DNA of 64,000 bases, taken from contig JAEEQL010000001.1 in NCBI GenBank assembly GCA_016285265.1, positions 5,003 to 69,002 of the forward strand. The letters are read 5' to 3'. The stretch comes from Lachnospiraceae bacterium (GTDB taxonomy: Bacteria; Bacillota; Clostridia; Lachnospirales; Lachnospiraceae). The notes below the pieces were generated by a model. It saw only the letters and a list, made by a program, of their open reading frames with translations, had not been told where the DNA came from and ran no database searches. This document shows positions 10,980 through 19,626 of the stretch, in pieces (position 1 is the first letter of the stretch; each line of letters opens with the position of its first letter). The translations under genes were made by a program, and so were the position numbers.

Positions 10980-11148
10980 GCGGGTAACGCGAAATATATG
11001 AGGATTCGAGCTTCGTCGTCTGCGTTAGAAACGGCCGCCTGGCCTGAACGAAGTGAATGGCCTGCGGCATGAGACAGAACAGATGTCGATCCGGTTTCGC
11101 GCCTGACGACGAAAAAGCGAGAAGACTCATACATTTTGTGTTGCCCGC
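10980..11148 (+). repeat. Dispersed ~170-bp structured repeat, copy 1 (MITE-like element or ncRNA)
   Basis: Near-identical to 57379-57548 (4 mismatches in the first ~95 nt); 23-bp imperfect terminal inverted repeat; compensatory changes between copies. Confidence 0.9.
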
Positions 11149-11157
11149 TTTAGCAAC

Positions 11158-11186
11158 AAAAAAGTCAGGAGTAGTTATCTCCTGAC
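11158..11186 (-). terminator. Intrinsic terminator of the minus-strand small gene
   Basis: Minus strand reads GTCAGGAGATAACTACTCCTGACTTTTTT just past the stop codon. Confidence 0.85.
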
Positions 11187-11193
11187 CCGTGAT

Positions 11194-11457
11194 TTATTTC
11201 TTGTCGTCGTCTTCGATGTCCTTGAGGCTTTCCTGCAGCTTGTTCTCCATTTCCATCGCGAACTCGCTTGCCAGATCCATATATTCGATAAAGACATCGC
11301 TCAGCGATTTGTCCTGCTCCTCGCCGATCTTCTTCATGATCGGAGTGAGTTTGTCCAGCTGGTAGGATATCGGGGTTTTCTGCGGATCTATGTCCGGCAT
11401 TACCTCGTTGGCATAATCATTTATCCTTTTGAGCATTTCTCTTTGTTCGGTAGTCAT
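11194..11457 (-). CDS. Hypothetical acidic 87-aa protein
   Basis: Fills the intergenic gap; purine-rich SD (GGGGG); extended -10 TGCTATAAT on the minus strand at 11480-11488; own terminator. Confidence 0.75.
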   Translation of the reverse strand: MTTEQREMLKRINDYANEVMPDIDPQKTPISYQLDKLTPIMKKIGEEQDKSLSDVFIEYMDLASEFAMEMENKLQESLKDIEDDDKK

Positions 11458-11479
11458 TTTCAGCCCCCCATTTTTTATG

Positions 11480-11528
11480 ATTATAGCACAGCCTTATGCT
11501 TGTTTGAACATTTTAATGATGATAAAAT
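11480..11528. promoter_or_regulatory. Overlapping divergent promoters (small gene / DUF1015 gene)
   Basis: Minus: TTCAAA-17-TATAAT with TGn; plus: TTGTTT(11500)-17-TAAAAT(11523) with TGn. Confidence 0.5.
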
Positions 11529-11587
11529 AAAAAAGTCTATGAAATCCGCAAGGTGCGGATAAATCTAATCGAAAGGTGATCTGACCA

Positions 11588-12826
11588 ATGGCTGATGTAA
11601 GACCTTTTAACGCTTACAGACCTAAGAAAGGAATGGAGAGCGTTATCGCAGCACTTCCCTATGATGTTTATAACCGCGCCGAAAGCGTAGAGATCGTTAA
11701 GGAAAATCCCGAGAGCTTCCTTGCCATCGACAGGGCGGAAACTCAGTTTTCCGATGATGTCGATACTTACGATCCCAGGGTATATGAAAAGGCTGCCGAT
11801 ATGATCCGTGAAAGGATAGCGGACGGAAGATTCGTTCAGGATGATGGTGCACCGGGGTATTATCTGTATGAACTTACCATGGACGGACGTTCACAGACGG
11901 GTATAGTTGCCTGTGCCTCCATTGATGATTATCAGAGCGGTGTCATCAAAAAGCATGAAAATACGCGTGCCGACAAGGAGCAGGACCGCATCAACCATGT
12001 AGATATCACCGGTTTCCAGACCGGTCCGATCTTCCTTGCTTACAGAAAGAATGACATTCTCTCTGCGATCATTGCTGCGGTTAAGAAGAATGATCCCGAT
12101 TGTGACTTTACTTCAGAGGACGGTATCAGACACAGGGTCTTTTCCGTAAAGGATGCGGAGAAGGTTGAAGCCATCAGGCTTGCATTTTCCGATATGGATT
12201 CACTCTATATCGCCGACGGACATCACAGATGTGCGAGTGCGGTCAAGGTGGGGCTTAAGAGAAGAGAGGAGAATCCCGGCTATACCGGAGACGAGGAGTT
12301 CAATTATTTCCTCAGCGTTATCTTCCCCGGAGATGAACTGAAGATCCTTGATTATAACAGGGTTGTCAAGGATCTTAACGGGCTCAGCGATGTTCAGTTC
12401 TTCAACGAGGTTATCGACAGATTCGAAGTATGCGATGCCAAGAAGCTTTATTCTCCCGAGGATAAAGGGCTTTTTGGAATGTATTTTGACGGTAAGTGGT
12501 ATAAGCTCCGCGCACACCATGATCTTAAATCCGACGATCCCGTAAAGGGACTTGATGTTTCGATTCTCCAGGACGGACTGCTCGGACCCGTGCTCGGCAT
12601 AGGAGATCCCCGCACCGATAAGAGGATCGATTTTGTCGGCGGCATACGTGGACTTAAGGAACTTGAGAAGAGATGCAGCGAGGATATGAAGGTAGCATTC
12701 TCAATGTTCCCTACATCGATCGAGGAACTTTTCAATGTTGCGGATCAGGGGCTTCTCATGCCACCGAAGTCAACATGGTTTGAGCCCAAGCTCAGGAGCG
12801 GACTGTTCCTTCACAAGATCGACTGA
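11588..12826 (+). CDS. DUF1015 family protein (ParB/Srx-like core)
   Basis: LPYDV, HENT, QTGPIFL, YIADGHHR, PPKSTWFEPKLRSGL typical of DUF1015. Confidence 0.9.
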   Translation: MADVRPFNAYRPKKGMESVIAALPYDVYNRAESVEIVKENPESFLAIDRAETQFSDDVDTYDPRVYEKAADMIRERIADGRFVQDDGAPGYYLYELTMDGRSQTGIVACASIDDYQSGVIKKHENTRADKEQDRINHVDITGFQTGPIFLAYRKNDILSAIIAAVKKNDPDCDFTSEDGIRHRVFSVKDAEKVEAIRLAFSDMDSLYIADGHHRCASAVKVGLKRREENPGYTGDEEFNYFLSVIFPGDELKILDYNRVVKDLNGLSDVQFFNEVIDRFEVCDAKKLYSPEDKGLFGMYFDGKWYKLRAHHDLKSDDPVKGLDVSILQDGLLGPVLGIGDPRTDKRIDFVGGIRGLKELEKRCSEDMKVAFSMFPTSIEELFNVADQGLLMPPKSTWFEPKLRSGLFLHKID

Positions 12827-12851
12827 TCATTTCTTTAGGGGGATTTTTGTA

Positions 12852-15059
12852 ATGAATAAAAGGCTGTATAAACTGATGGACTGGGCATTCATTGAAGAGG
12901 TCATCTATTCCGAATGTTCACATCCTCAGGATCTGCTCGGACCTCACGCCAAGGGGCAGACAACACTTCTCCAGGCGTATTTTCCCGGTTCCGATTCCGT
13001 GGTGGTCAAATGGAAGGACCGCGGAGAGACCGGAGATTATTGCGAGACCAGGATGGAGGTTGCCGATGACGACGGTTTCTATGCATCGCTTCTTCCTACC
13101 AGGGATCCCGGCGCATACACATATGTCGTTACATACGAAAAGAGACAGGAAGACGGACGCACTCTCAAAAAGAAGGTCTTAAGGTGCGGCGATCCGTACA
13201 GGCATAAGGATATCCTCAGCGAGTCCGATATCAGAAAGATCACCGAGGGAACATGCACCGATGCCGGGAACGTGCTAGGTGCAAGAACAATGACCCTTGA
13301 CGGGGAGGAGGGTACTCTTTTTGCCGTATATGCTCCTTCCGCAATGAGGATCAGCGTTATCGGGGACTTCAATTCCTGGGACGGACGCATTCATCAGATG
13401 TGTAAGAGGGGAGATCTCGGCGTTTTTGAGCTTTTCATTCCCGGCGTAAAGGAAGGCGATTCATACTGCTACGAGATCAAGTACAGAAATTATGAGATCC
13501 ACAGATCCGTCGATCCTTTCGCTTCCGGGATCAGCAAAGATAACGAGTTCATATCCGTTGTCGCAGGCAAGTCTTCAAAGTCAATAAAGCCTCTTTCTGA
13601 CGAAAAAAACAGAAAGTGCACTGCATTCAGCATCTATGAGGCCGATCCTTACAGTTACGTTTCCGGTGATGCATCGGCCTTTTCCAATATGACAAAAGAG
13701 CTTTTAGCCGTATGCAGGGAGTGCGGCTATACCCATGTCGGAATAGGAAATATACTTTCATCTTCAAGAAGGTCATCCGACAAGACGCTTTCATATTTTG
13801 CCGTAGATCCCAGACTCGGTTGTGAAGAGGAGTTTGTTACTCTCGTAAAGACGCTTCACGATGATGGAGTGGGAGTTATCCTCGACTGGGTTCCTTCTTA
13901 CTTTGCCTCCGAAGACAGCGGACTTTACCGATTCGACGGAACCGGGCTTTTTGAGCATTTTGATCCCAGACAGGGCATTGCTTATGATATCGATGCATGC
14001 CTGTTCAATTATTCGAGTGTGTTTGTGAGCAATTTCCTTATGTCATCGGGTTTCGGACTTGCGGACAGATTCGGAGTAGACGGTCTTAAGGTTATCGGAC
14101 TTGCCAGAATGCTTTATCTCGATTACAGCAAGACCGAATGGGTCCCCAATATCTACGGCGGAAATGAGAATATCGACGCTATAGCGTTTATCAAAAAGTT
14201 TAATACCGAGATCAGGAAAAAGTATCCCGGCTTTATTCTTATAGCCGAGGATTCGTCTCTTCATCCCGGTATCACCGATCCCGTTTCCGACGGCGGTTTT
14301 GGGTTCGACTACAAACAAAATGATGTTTTCTTCGATGATTACAGAAACTTCATCGGCATGGATCCTTTGTTCAGGGGGCCCAATCTCCATTGCATTGCCG
14401 ATGCGTTCACTTACGCATTTGTCGACGATTATATCCTTCCTTTTGCGGGAAAAGAAAAAACTGCGGAACTCGGACCCGTAAAAGAGCTGCTTCCCGGGGA
14501 TGATGCGGCAAAGGAGTCCCAGCTCAGGCTGTCGCTCGGCTATCTCTACACGCATCCCGGAAAAAAGCTCCTGGGTGAGACATTCGGTTCGGAATATTCA
14601 CATATCCTTTCGGATCTTAATTCTCTGTATGAGAACGAACCCGCCTTAAGGTGCGATGAGTCAGATCCCGAATGTTTTGAGTGGCTCAGCAATATGAACG
14701 AGGAGCAGTGCTGCATCTCTTATGTGAGAAAGACCGACGATCCCGAGGATATGCTTGTCGTGATCGCCAATTTCTCCGGGATTGAGCAGAACTTCCAGAC
14801 AGGAGTTCCTTACGAGGGTAAGTACAAGGAGATCTTCACCACGGATGACAAGGCCTACGGCGGAACGTCCTCCGTATCCAGAACCGTAAGGAAAGCCACA
14901 GATAAGCGACTTGACGGCAGGACCCAGTCAATCTCCGTCAAGATACGTCCTCAGAGCCTTATAATCATGAAGTTCATCCCTTATACCGAGGCAGAACTTG
15001 AAAAAGTCATCGAACAGAGGATCAGGAACTATACTCCCATCAAAAAGAGTAAGAAGTGA
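12852..15059 (+). CDS. GlgB-like GH13 protein (1,4-alpha-glucan branching enzyme homolog) with degenerate active site
   Basis: GlgB architecture (PQDLLGPH, FAVYAPSA..VIGDFNSWDG, ILDWVP, LYLDYS, GGFGFDYK, FEWL); catalytic regions II and IV altered; start moved to ATG 12852. Confidence 0.85.
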   Translation: MNKRLYKLMDWAFIEEVIYSECSHPQDLLGPHAKGQTTLLQAYFPGSDSVVVKWKDRGETGDYCETRMEVADDDGFYASLLPTRDPGAYTYVVTYEKRQEDGRTLKKKVLRCGDPYRHKDILSESDIRKITEGTCTDAGNVLGARTMTLDGEEGTLFAVYAPSAMRISVIGDFNSWDGRIHQMCKRGDLGVFELFIPGVKEGDSYCYEIKYRNYEIHRSVDPFASGISKDNEFISVVAGKSSKSIKPLSDEKNRKCTAFSIYEADPYSYVSGDASAFSNMTKELLAVCRECGYTHVGIGNILSSSRRSSDKTLSYFAVDPRLGCEEEFVTLVKTLHDDGVGVILDWVPSYFASEDSGLYRFDGTGLFEHFDPRQGIAYDIDACLFNYSSVFVSNFLMSSGFGLADRFGVDGLKVIGLARMLYLDYSKTEWVPNIYGGNENIDAIAFIKKFNTEIRKKYPGFILIAEDSSLHPGITDPVSDGGFGFDYKQNDVFFDDYRNFIGMDPLFRGPNLHCIADAFTYAFVDDYILPFAGKEKTAELGPVKELLPGDDAAKESQLRLSLGYLYTHPGKKLLGETFGSEYSHILSDLNSLYENEPALRCDESDPECFEWLSNMNEEQCCISYVRKTDDPEDMLVVIANFSGIEQNFQTGVPYEGKYKEIFTTDDKAYGGTSSVSRTVRKATDKRLDGRTQSISVKIRPQSLIIMKFIPYTEAELEKVIEQRIRNYTPIKKSKK

Positions 15060-15060
15060 C

Positions 15061-15089
15061 TTGATTTTTGGCCAAGCGGTATATATAAT
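15061..15089 (+). promoter_or_regulatory. Sigma-A promoter of tRNA-Thr
   Basis: TTGATT-17bp-TATAAT. Confidence 0.75.
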
Positions 15090-15139
15090 CAAAAAGTCGT
15101 CTTGATGAGGCGGAAAAGTACAAGCTTTTCCGCCTGTCC

Positions 15140-15212
15140 GCCGGAATGGCTCAGTTGGTAGAGCGAGGCATTCGTAATGCCTAGGTCAGGGGTTCGAGTC
15201 CCCTTTCCGGCT
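15140..15212 (+). tRNA. tRNA-Thr (anticodon CGT), CCA not encoded
   Basis: Cloverleaf: acceptor GCCGGAA/TTCCGGC, D arm GCTC/GAGC, anticodon arm AGGCA-TTCGTAA-TGCCT, T arm AGGGG-TTCGAGT-CCCCT. Confidence 0.96.
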
Positions 15213-15214
15213 TG

Positions 15215-15243
15215 ATCGTCCGAAATTCTTCGGACGATTTTTT
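15215..15243 (+). terminator. Terminator after tRNA-Thr
   Basis: ATCGTCCGAA/TTCGGACGAT stem then T-run. Confidence 0.88.
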
Positions 15244-15354
15244 ATGTTTAAAAATTTAGCAAATTTTAACATATATAAGTGCAGATATTTGTTGACATAA
15301 GCTCAGATTTTTAAGAAAATAGATTAAATGTTTTATTTTGAGAAAGGTATGTCT

Positions 15355-16770
15355 ATGGCACAGTTATGGGGGGGCAGGTTTACCAAACCTACCGACGAAA
15401 AAGTATATGCTTTCAATGCATCCATAGGCTTCGATAAGAGGATGCTCAGGCAGGATGTGTGCGGAAGTATCGCACATGCCTCTATGCTTGCCGCTCAGGG
15501 GATCATTTCCGATGAAGACGGTAAGAAGATCGAAGAGGGCTTAAAAGGCATTTATTCCGATGTCTTAAGCGGAGCCCTTGAGATAACCGATAAATACGAA
15601 GACGTTCATTCCTTTTGCGAAGCTGTCCTTACCGAAAGGATCGGCGATGCCGGAAAGAGGCTTCATACCGGAAGGAGCAGGAACGATCAGGTGGCTCTCG
15701 ATATGAGGATGTATGTAAGAGGTGAGATCTGTCAGGCGGATGCGCTTCTTCAGAAACTTCTTGAGACCATCCTTGGGATAATGAAGGTTAATGTATCCAC
15801 TTATATGCCCGGATTTACACATCTCCAGAAGGCACAGCCCGTAACTCTTGCTCATCATATGGGCGCCTATTTCGAGATGTTTAAGCGTGACAGGAAGAGG
15901 CTTTCAGACATCTATAAGAGGATGAACGAATGCCCCCTGGGTGCGGGAGCACTTGCCGGAACAACATATCCCCTCGACAGGGAATATACGGCAAAGAAGC
16001 TCGGATTTGACAAAGCCACCGAAAACTCGATGGATTCCGTATCAGACAGGGATTATCTGATCGAATTCCTCGATGCGCTTTCGCTGGTCATGATGCATAT
16101 GTCCAGATCGTGCGAAGAGATCATCACCTGGAATACCAATGAATACAGATTCGTAGAGATAGATGATGCTTATTCCACAGGATCGAGCATCATGCCCCAG
16201 AAGAAGAATCCCGATATTGCCGAGCTTATCAGAGGCAAGACCGGAAGGGTATACGGAAGCCTTATGGGACTCCTTACCACCATGAAGGGACTTCCCCTTG
16301 CATATAACAAGGATATGCAGGAAGACAAGGAAGGCGCATTCGATGCCATGGACACGGCCTGCAGCTGCATCGACCTGTATGAGGGAATGCTCCGCAGCAT
16401 GAAGTTTAATGAGGACATCATGGAAAAGAGTGCGGCGGGAGGATTTACCAATGCCACCGATGCTGCCGATTACCTGGTGGGAAAAGGAATGCCCTTCAGG
16501 GATGCACATACCGTTATCGGCAGAATGGTCCTTGAATGCATCGATAAGGGAATCACCATCGATGAGATGAGCCTCGACGATCTTAAGAAGCTTTCCGATA
16601 TCATCGAAGAGGATTTCTACGATGCGGTAAGCATCAGGACATGTGTCGGAAACAGATCCACAAAGGGTGCGCCCGGACCTGAGGCTATGGCGGCCGAAAT
16701 AGATTCTTGTGAGAAATTCATTAATGATAACGCGGTATTAAAAGATCCGCTTGATGATTTTTTGAAGTGA
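15355..16770 (+). CDS. argH: Argininosuccinate lyase
   Basis: LWGGRF, HTGRSRNDQVA, MPGFTHLQKAQP, GSSIMPQKKNPD, YNKDMQEDKE; start chosen after GAAAGG. Confidence 0.97.
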   Translation: MAQLWGGRFTKPTDEKVYAFNASIGFDKRMLRQDVCGSIAHASMLAAQGIISDEDGKKIEEGLKGIYSDVLSGALEITDKYEDVHSFCEAVLTERIGDAGKRLHTGRSRNDQVALDMRMYVRGEICQADALLQKLLETILGIMKVNVSTYMPGFTHLQKAQPVTLAHHMGAYFEMFKRDRKRLSDIYKRMNECPLGAGALAGTTYPLDREYTAKKLGFDKATENSMDSVSDRDYLIEFLDALSLVMMHMSRSCEEIITWNTNEYRFVEIDDAYSTGSSIMPQKKNPDIAELIRGKTGRVYGSLMGLLTTMKGLPLAYNKDMQEDKEGAFDAMDTACSCIDLYEGMLRSMKFNEDIMEKSAAGGFTNATDAADYLVGKGMPFRDAHTVIGRMVLECIDKGITIDEMSLDDLKKLSDIIEEDFYDAVSIRTCVGNRSTKGAPGPEAMAAEIDSCEKFINDNAVLKDPLDDFLK

Positions 16771-16786
16771 TTTTGGAGGAGATATT

Positions 16787-17872
16787 ATGAGCGACAAATT
16801 AAGAGTAGGTATACTTGGCGGAACGGGCATGGTAGGACAGAGATTCATCTCTCTTCTCGAGAACCATCCCTGGTTTGAAGTTAAGGTGATCGCAGCATCA
16901 CCCCGCAGTGCAGGAAAGACTTACGAAGAAGCTATCGGTGACAGATGGAAGATGCAGACTCCCATGCCCGAAGCTGTAAAGAATATAGTTGTAAAGGATG
17001 TATCGAATGTAGAGGAAGTCGTTAAGGATATCGACTTTGTATTCAGTGCGGTCGATATGACCAAGGATGAGATCAAGGCTATCGAGGAAAAGTATGCGAA
17101 GGCTGAGATCCCCGTTGTGTCCAACAACAGTGCACACCGCTGGACTCCCGACGTTCCCATGATCGTACCCGAGATCAATGCATCCCATATCGATGTCATC
17201 GAGTATCAGAAGAAGAGACTCGGAACGACCAGAGGCTTCATTGCAGTTAAGCCCAACTGTTCGATCCAGTCCTATGCTCCCGTGCTTACCGCTTGGAAGG
17301 AGTTCGAGCCCACCCAGGTTGTTGTATCAACCTATCAGGCAATCTCCGGTGCAGGCAAGACCTTCAAGGACTGGCCCGAGATGATCGAGAATGTTATTCC
17401 TTACATCGGCGGAGAAGAAGAAAAGAGTGAAAAAGAGCCTTTAAGACTCTGGGGAAATATCGAGAACGGCGTCATTGTTCCCGCACAGGCTCCCCTTATC
17501 ACCTCACAGTGCATCAGAGTCCCCGTACTCAACGGACACACCGCTTCGGTATTTGTAAATCTTGCCAAGAAGGTTTCCAAGGAAGAGCTCATCGAGAAGA
17601 TGGTTTCATTCTCCGGTGAACCCCAGAAGCTCGGACTTCCCAGTGCTCCGGCGCAGTTCATCCGGTACCTCGAGGAGGACAACAGACCTCAGGTCAAGCT
17701 TGATGTTGATTACGAAAACGGAATGGGCATCAGCATCGGAAGACTCCGTGAAGATACCATTTTCGACTGGAAGTTCGTAGGACTTTCACACAATACCGTA
17801 AGAGGTGCCGCAGGCGGTGCGGTTCTCTGCGCTGAGCTTCTTAAGGCTAAGGGCTATATCAGCGCAAAATAA
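16787..17872 (+). CDS. asd: Aspartate-semialdehyde dehydrogenase
   Basis: GGTGMVGQRF, PNCS, QAISGAG, CIRVPVLNGH, HNTVRGAAGG. Confidence 0.96.
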   Translation: MSDKLRVGILGGTGMVGQRFISLLENHPWFEVKVIAASPRSAGKTYEEAIGDRWKMQTPMPEAVKNIVVKDVSNVEEVVKDIDFVFSAVDMTKDEIKAIEEKYAKAEIPVVSNNSAHRWTPDVPMIVPEINASHIDVIEYQKKRLGTTRGFIAVKPNCSIQSYAPVLTAWKEFEPTQVVVSTYQAISGAGKTFKDWPEMIENVIPYIGGEEEKSEKEPLRLWGNIENGVIVPAQAPLITSQCIRVPVLNGHTASVFVNLAKKVSKEELIEKMVSFSGEPQKLGLPSAPAQFIRYLEEDNRPQVKLDVDYENGMGISIGRLREDTIFDWKFVGLSHNTVRGAAGGAVLCAELLKAKGYISAK

Positions 17873-17896
17873 ATTTCCCGTTCCCGAAAGGCTATA

Positions 17897-19615
17897 ATGG
17901 ACAACACTTTTCAACTCGATCTTTTAAAAGCACAGAATGAAAGTCTTACGAAGAGCGAGCATATCTACAGATTGGTATGCGAATCTTCCGACTACGGATT
18001 TATCTACCAGTCCCTTGACAGCGATGATCTTCTTACCTTCGGTTCCTTCGAGAGCATGTTCGGTATGAAGCTTTATCGCGTCAAGGATCTGGATGTTATG
18101 CTTGAGAGGATCCATGAAGAGGACAGAGATACTTTCCTTCAGAATTTGTATCCCGAGAAGAATAACGAGAAATACGCGACCTGTGAATTCAGATCTGCCG
18201 ACGAACATACCTGGTACCGTATCATCACCAGGATCGAATCGAGCGAAGGCATTTTAGACAAGATCGTCACATTCATGAACATAACCAAGGAGAAGGCTAC
18301 GAGTTCCGACCTTCTTTATATGGCTTATTACGATACGATGACCGGTATTTATAACCGTAACTATTTCGTATCGCTTCTTACTGAGTTCCTGACAAGAGCC
18401 GATAAGGATGGCTGCAAGGTATCGATACTCATGATTGATATCGATGATTTCAAGAAGATCAATGATGTCCAGGGTATCATCATCGGCGACGAGCTTCTCC
18501 AGCAGATCGGTACCTATCTGAAGGGAACCATGGTCAAGGACCGTATAATCTGCTGTCATATCAATAATGATATTTTCTGTGTAGCCATTTATGATTCAAC
18601 GGGAAGCTTCTCTGTTGACAAGTATTACCGTGAGCTTAAGAAAAGATTTTCCGACGGCTTCACCATGAGTACCGGGCTGGAGGTCGATCTTACCGCAAGT
18701 GTCGGTGTTGCGGAGTATCCCGAAGCGGGAAGTTCCGCTCTCGATCTTATCAACTGTGCTGATATCGTTGTTTACAACTGCAAGAAGAACGGCAAGAATT
18801 CGATCCAGTATTTTGAAGCTCCGATCCTTGACGATTTCCTTAAGAATGTTGATATTGAAAATAAGCTCAAGGAAGCTGCTTTCAACAATAATTTCATATT
18901 GTATTTCCAGCCTCAGTATCATGCCAAGACAAGAAAACTCAGAGGCGTGGAATCTCTTATAAGATGGAAGGATGACGACGGAAACATGATCCCTCCTTCC
19001 GTTTTCATTCCCATTGCCGAGAAGAACGGCCTGATCGTATCCATCGGTAAATTTGTTGTTTCCGAATCACTCAGACAGTACAAGAAATGGTGTGACTATT
19101 ATGATATCCATTTCAAGCTGTCCATTAATATTTCCGCCCTTCAGTATAAGAGGGAGGATTTCGTCGACACCATAATGGATCTGATCGTTGAGCATAATGT
19201 TCAGCCTTCGGATGTTGAGCTTGAGATAACAGAGAGCATTCTCATCGATGATTTTGATTCCGTTACCGCCAAGCTCACAACGCTCAGAAATCACGGTGTA
19301 AGCATTTCACTCGATGATTTCGGAACCGGTTATTCATCTCTTTCATACCTTAAGAAGTTCCCCATCGATACGCTTAAGGTAGATAAGAGCTTTATAGATA
19401 CCATCCTTGATGATGCTTCGACGAAGATAATCACCGAATCCATTCTCAATATGTCACATGCAATGGGATTTGAAACCGTTGCCGAGGGCGTTGAGAACGA
19501 GAGGCAGTTCAATTACCTTGCGTTTGCGGGCTGTGATGTCATTCAGGGATTTTATCTCGGAAAGCCTCTTCCCGCCGAGAAGGTGGATGAGCTTCTCAGC
19601 CATATGAAAAAATAA
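17897..19615 (+). CDS. PAS-like / degenerate GGDEF / EAL protein, probable c-di-GMP phosphodiesterase
   Basis: YYDTMTGIYNR, IDIDDFKKIND; GGDEF position reads INNDIF; EAL domain ESLIRW, ELEITE, DDFGTGYSSL, AEGVE, QGF. Confidence 0.9.
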   Translation: MDNTFQLDLLKAQNESLTKSEHIYRLVCESSDYGFIYQSLDSDDLLTFGSFESMFGMKLYRVKDLDVMLERIHEEDRDTFLQNLYPEKNNEKYATCEFRSADEHTWYRIITRIESSEGILDKIVTFMNITKEKATSSDLLYMAYYDTMTGIYNRNYFVSLLTEFLTRADKDGCKVSILMIDIDDFKKINDVQGIIIGDELLQQIGTYLKGTMVKDRIICCHINNDIFCVAIYDSTGSFSVDKYYRELKKRFSDGFTMSTGLEVDLTASVGVAEYPEAGSSALDLINCADIVVYNCKKNGKNSIQYFEAPILDDFLKNVDIENKLKEAAFNNNFILYFQPQYHAKTRKLRGVESLIRWKDDDGNMIPPSVFIPIAEKNGLIVSIGKFVVSESLRQYKKWCDYYDIHFKLSINISALQYKREDFVDTIMDLIVEHNVQPSDVELEITESILIDDFDSVTAKLTTLRNHGVSISLDDFGTGYSSLSYLKKFPIDTLKVDKSFIDTILDDASTKIITESILNMSHAMGFETVAEGVENERQFNYLAFAGCDVIQGFYLGKPLPAEKVDELLSHMKK

Positions 19616-19626
19616 AGGGTCTTCAA

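Noticed and set aside
11027-11062. Hammerhead ribozyme within the dispersed element (GAAAC and CTGAACGA)
   Set aside because: The core needs CUGAnGA at a three-way junction; here there are two bases (CTGA-AC-GA) lying in a hairpin loop
15140-15243. tRNA-Thr as an integration site for an island or prophage
   Set aside because: No integrase nearby and I saw no duplicated tRNA 3' end in the window
17880-17891. Recurrent TTCCCGAAAGG-like motif before start codons (also 50653, 25827, 1153)
   Set aside because: Best explained as GAAAGG Shine-Dalgarno variants; too short to claim a regulon
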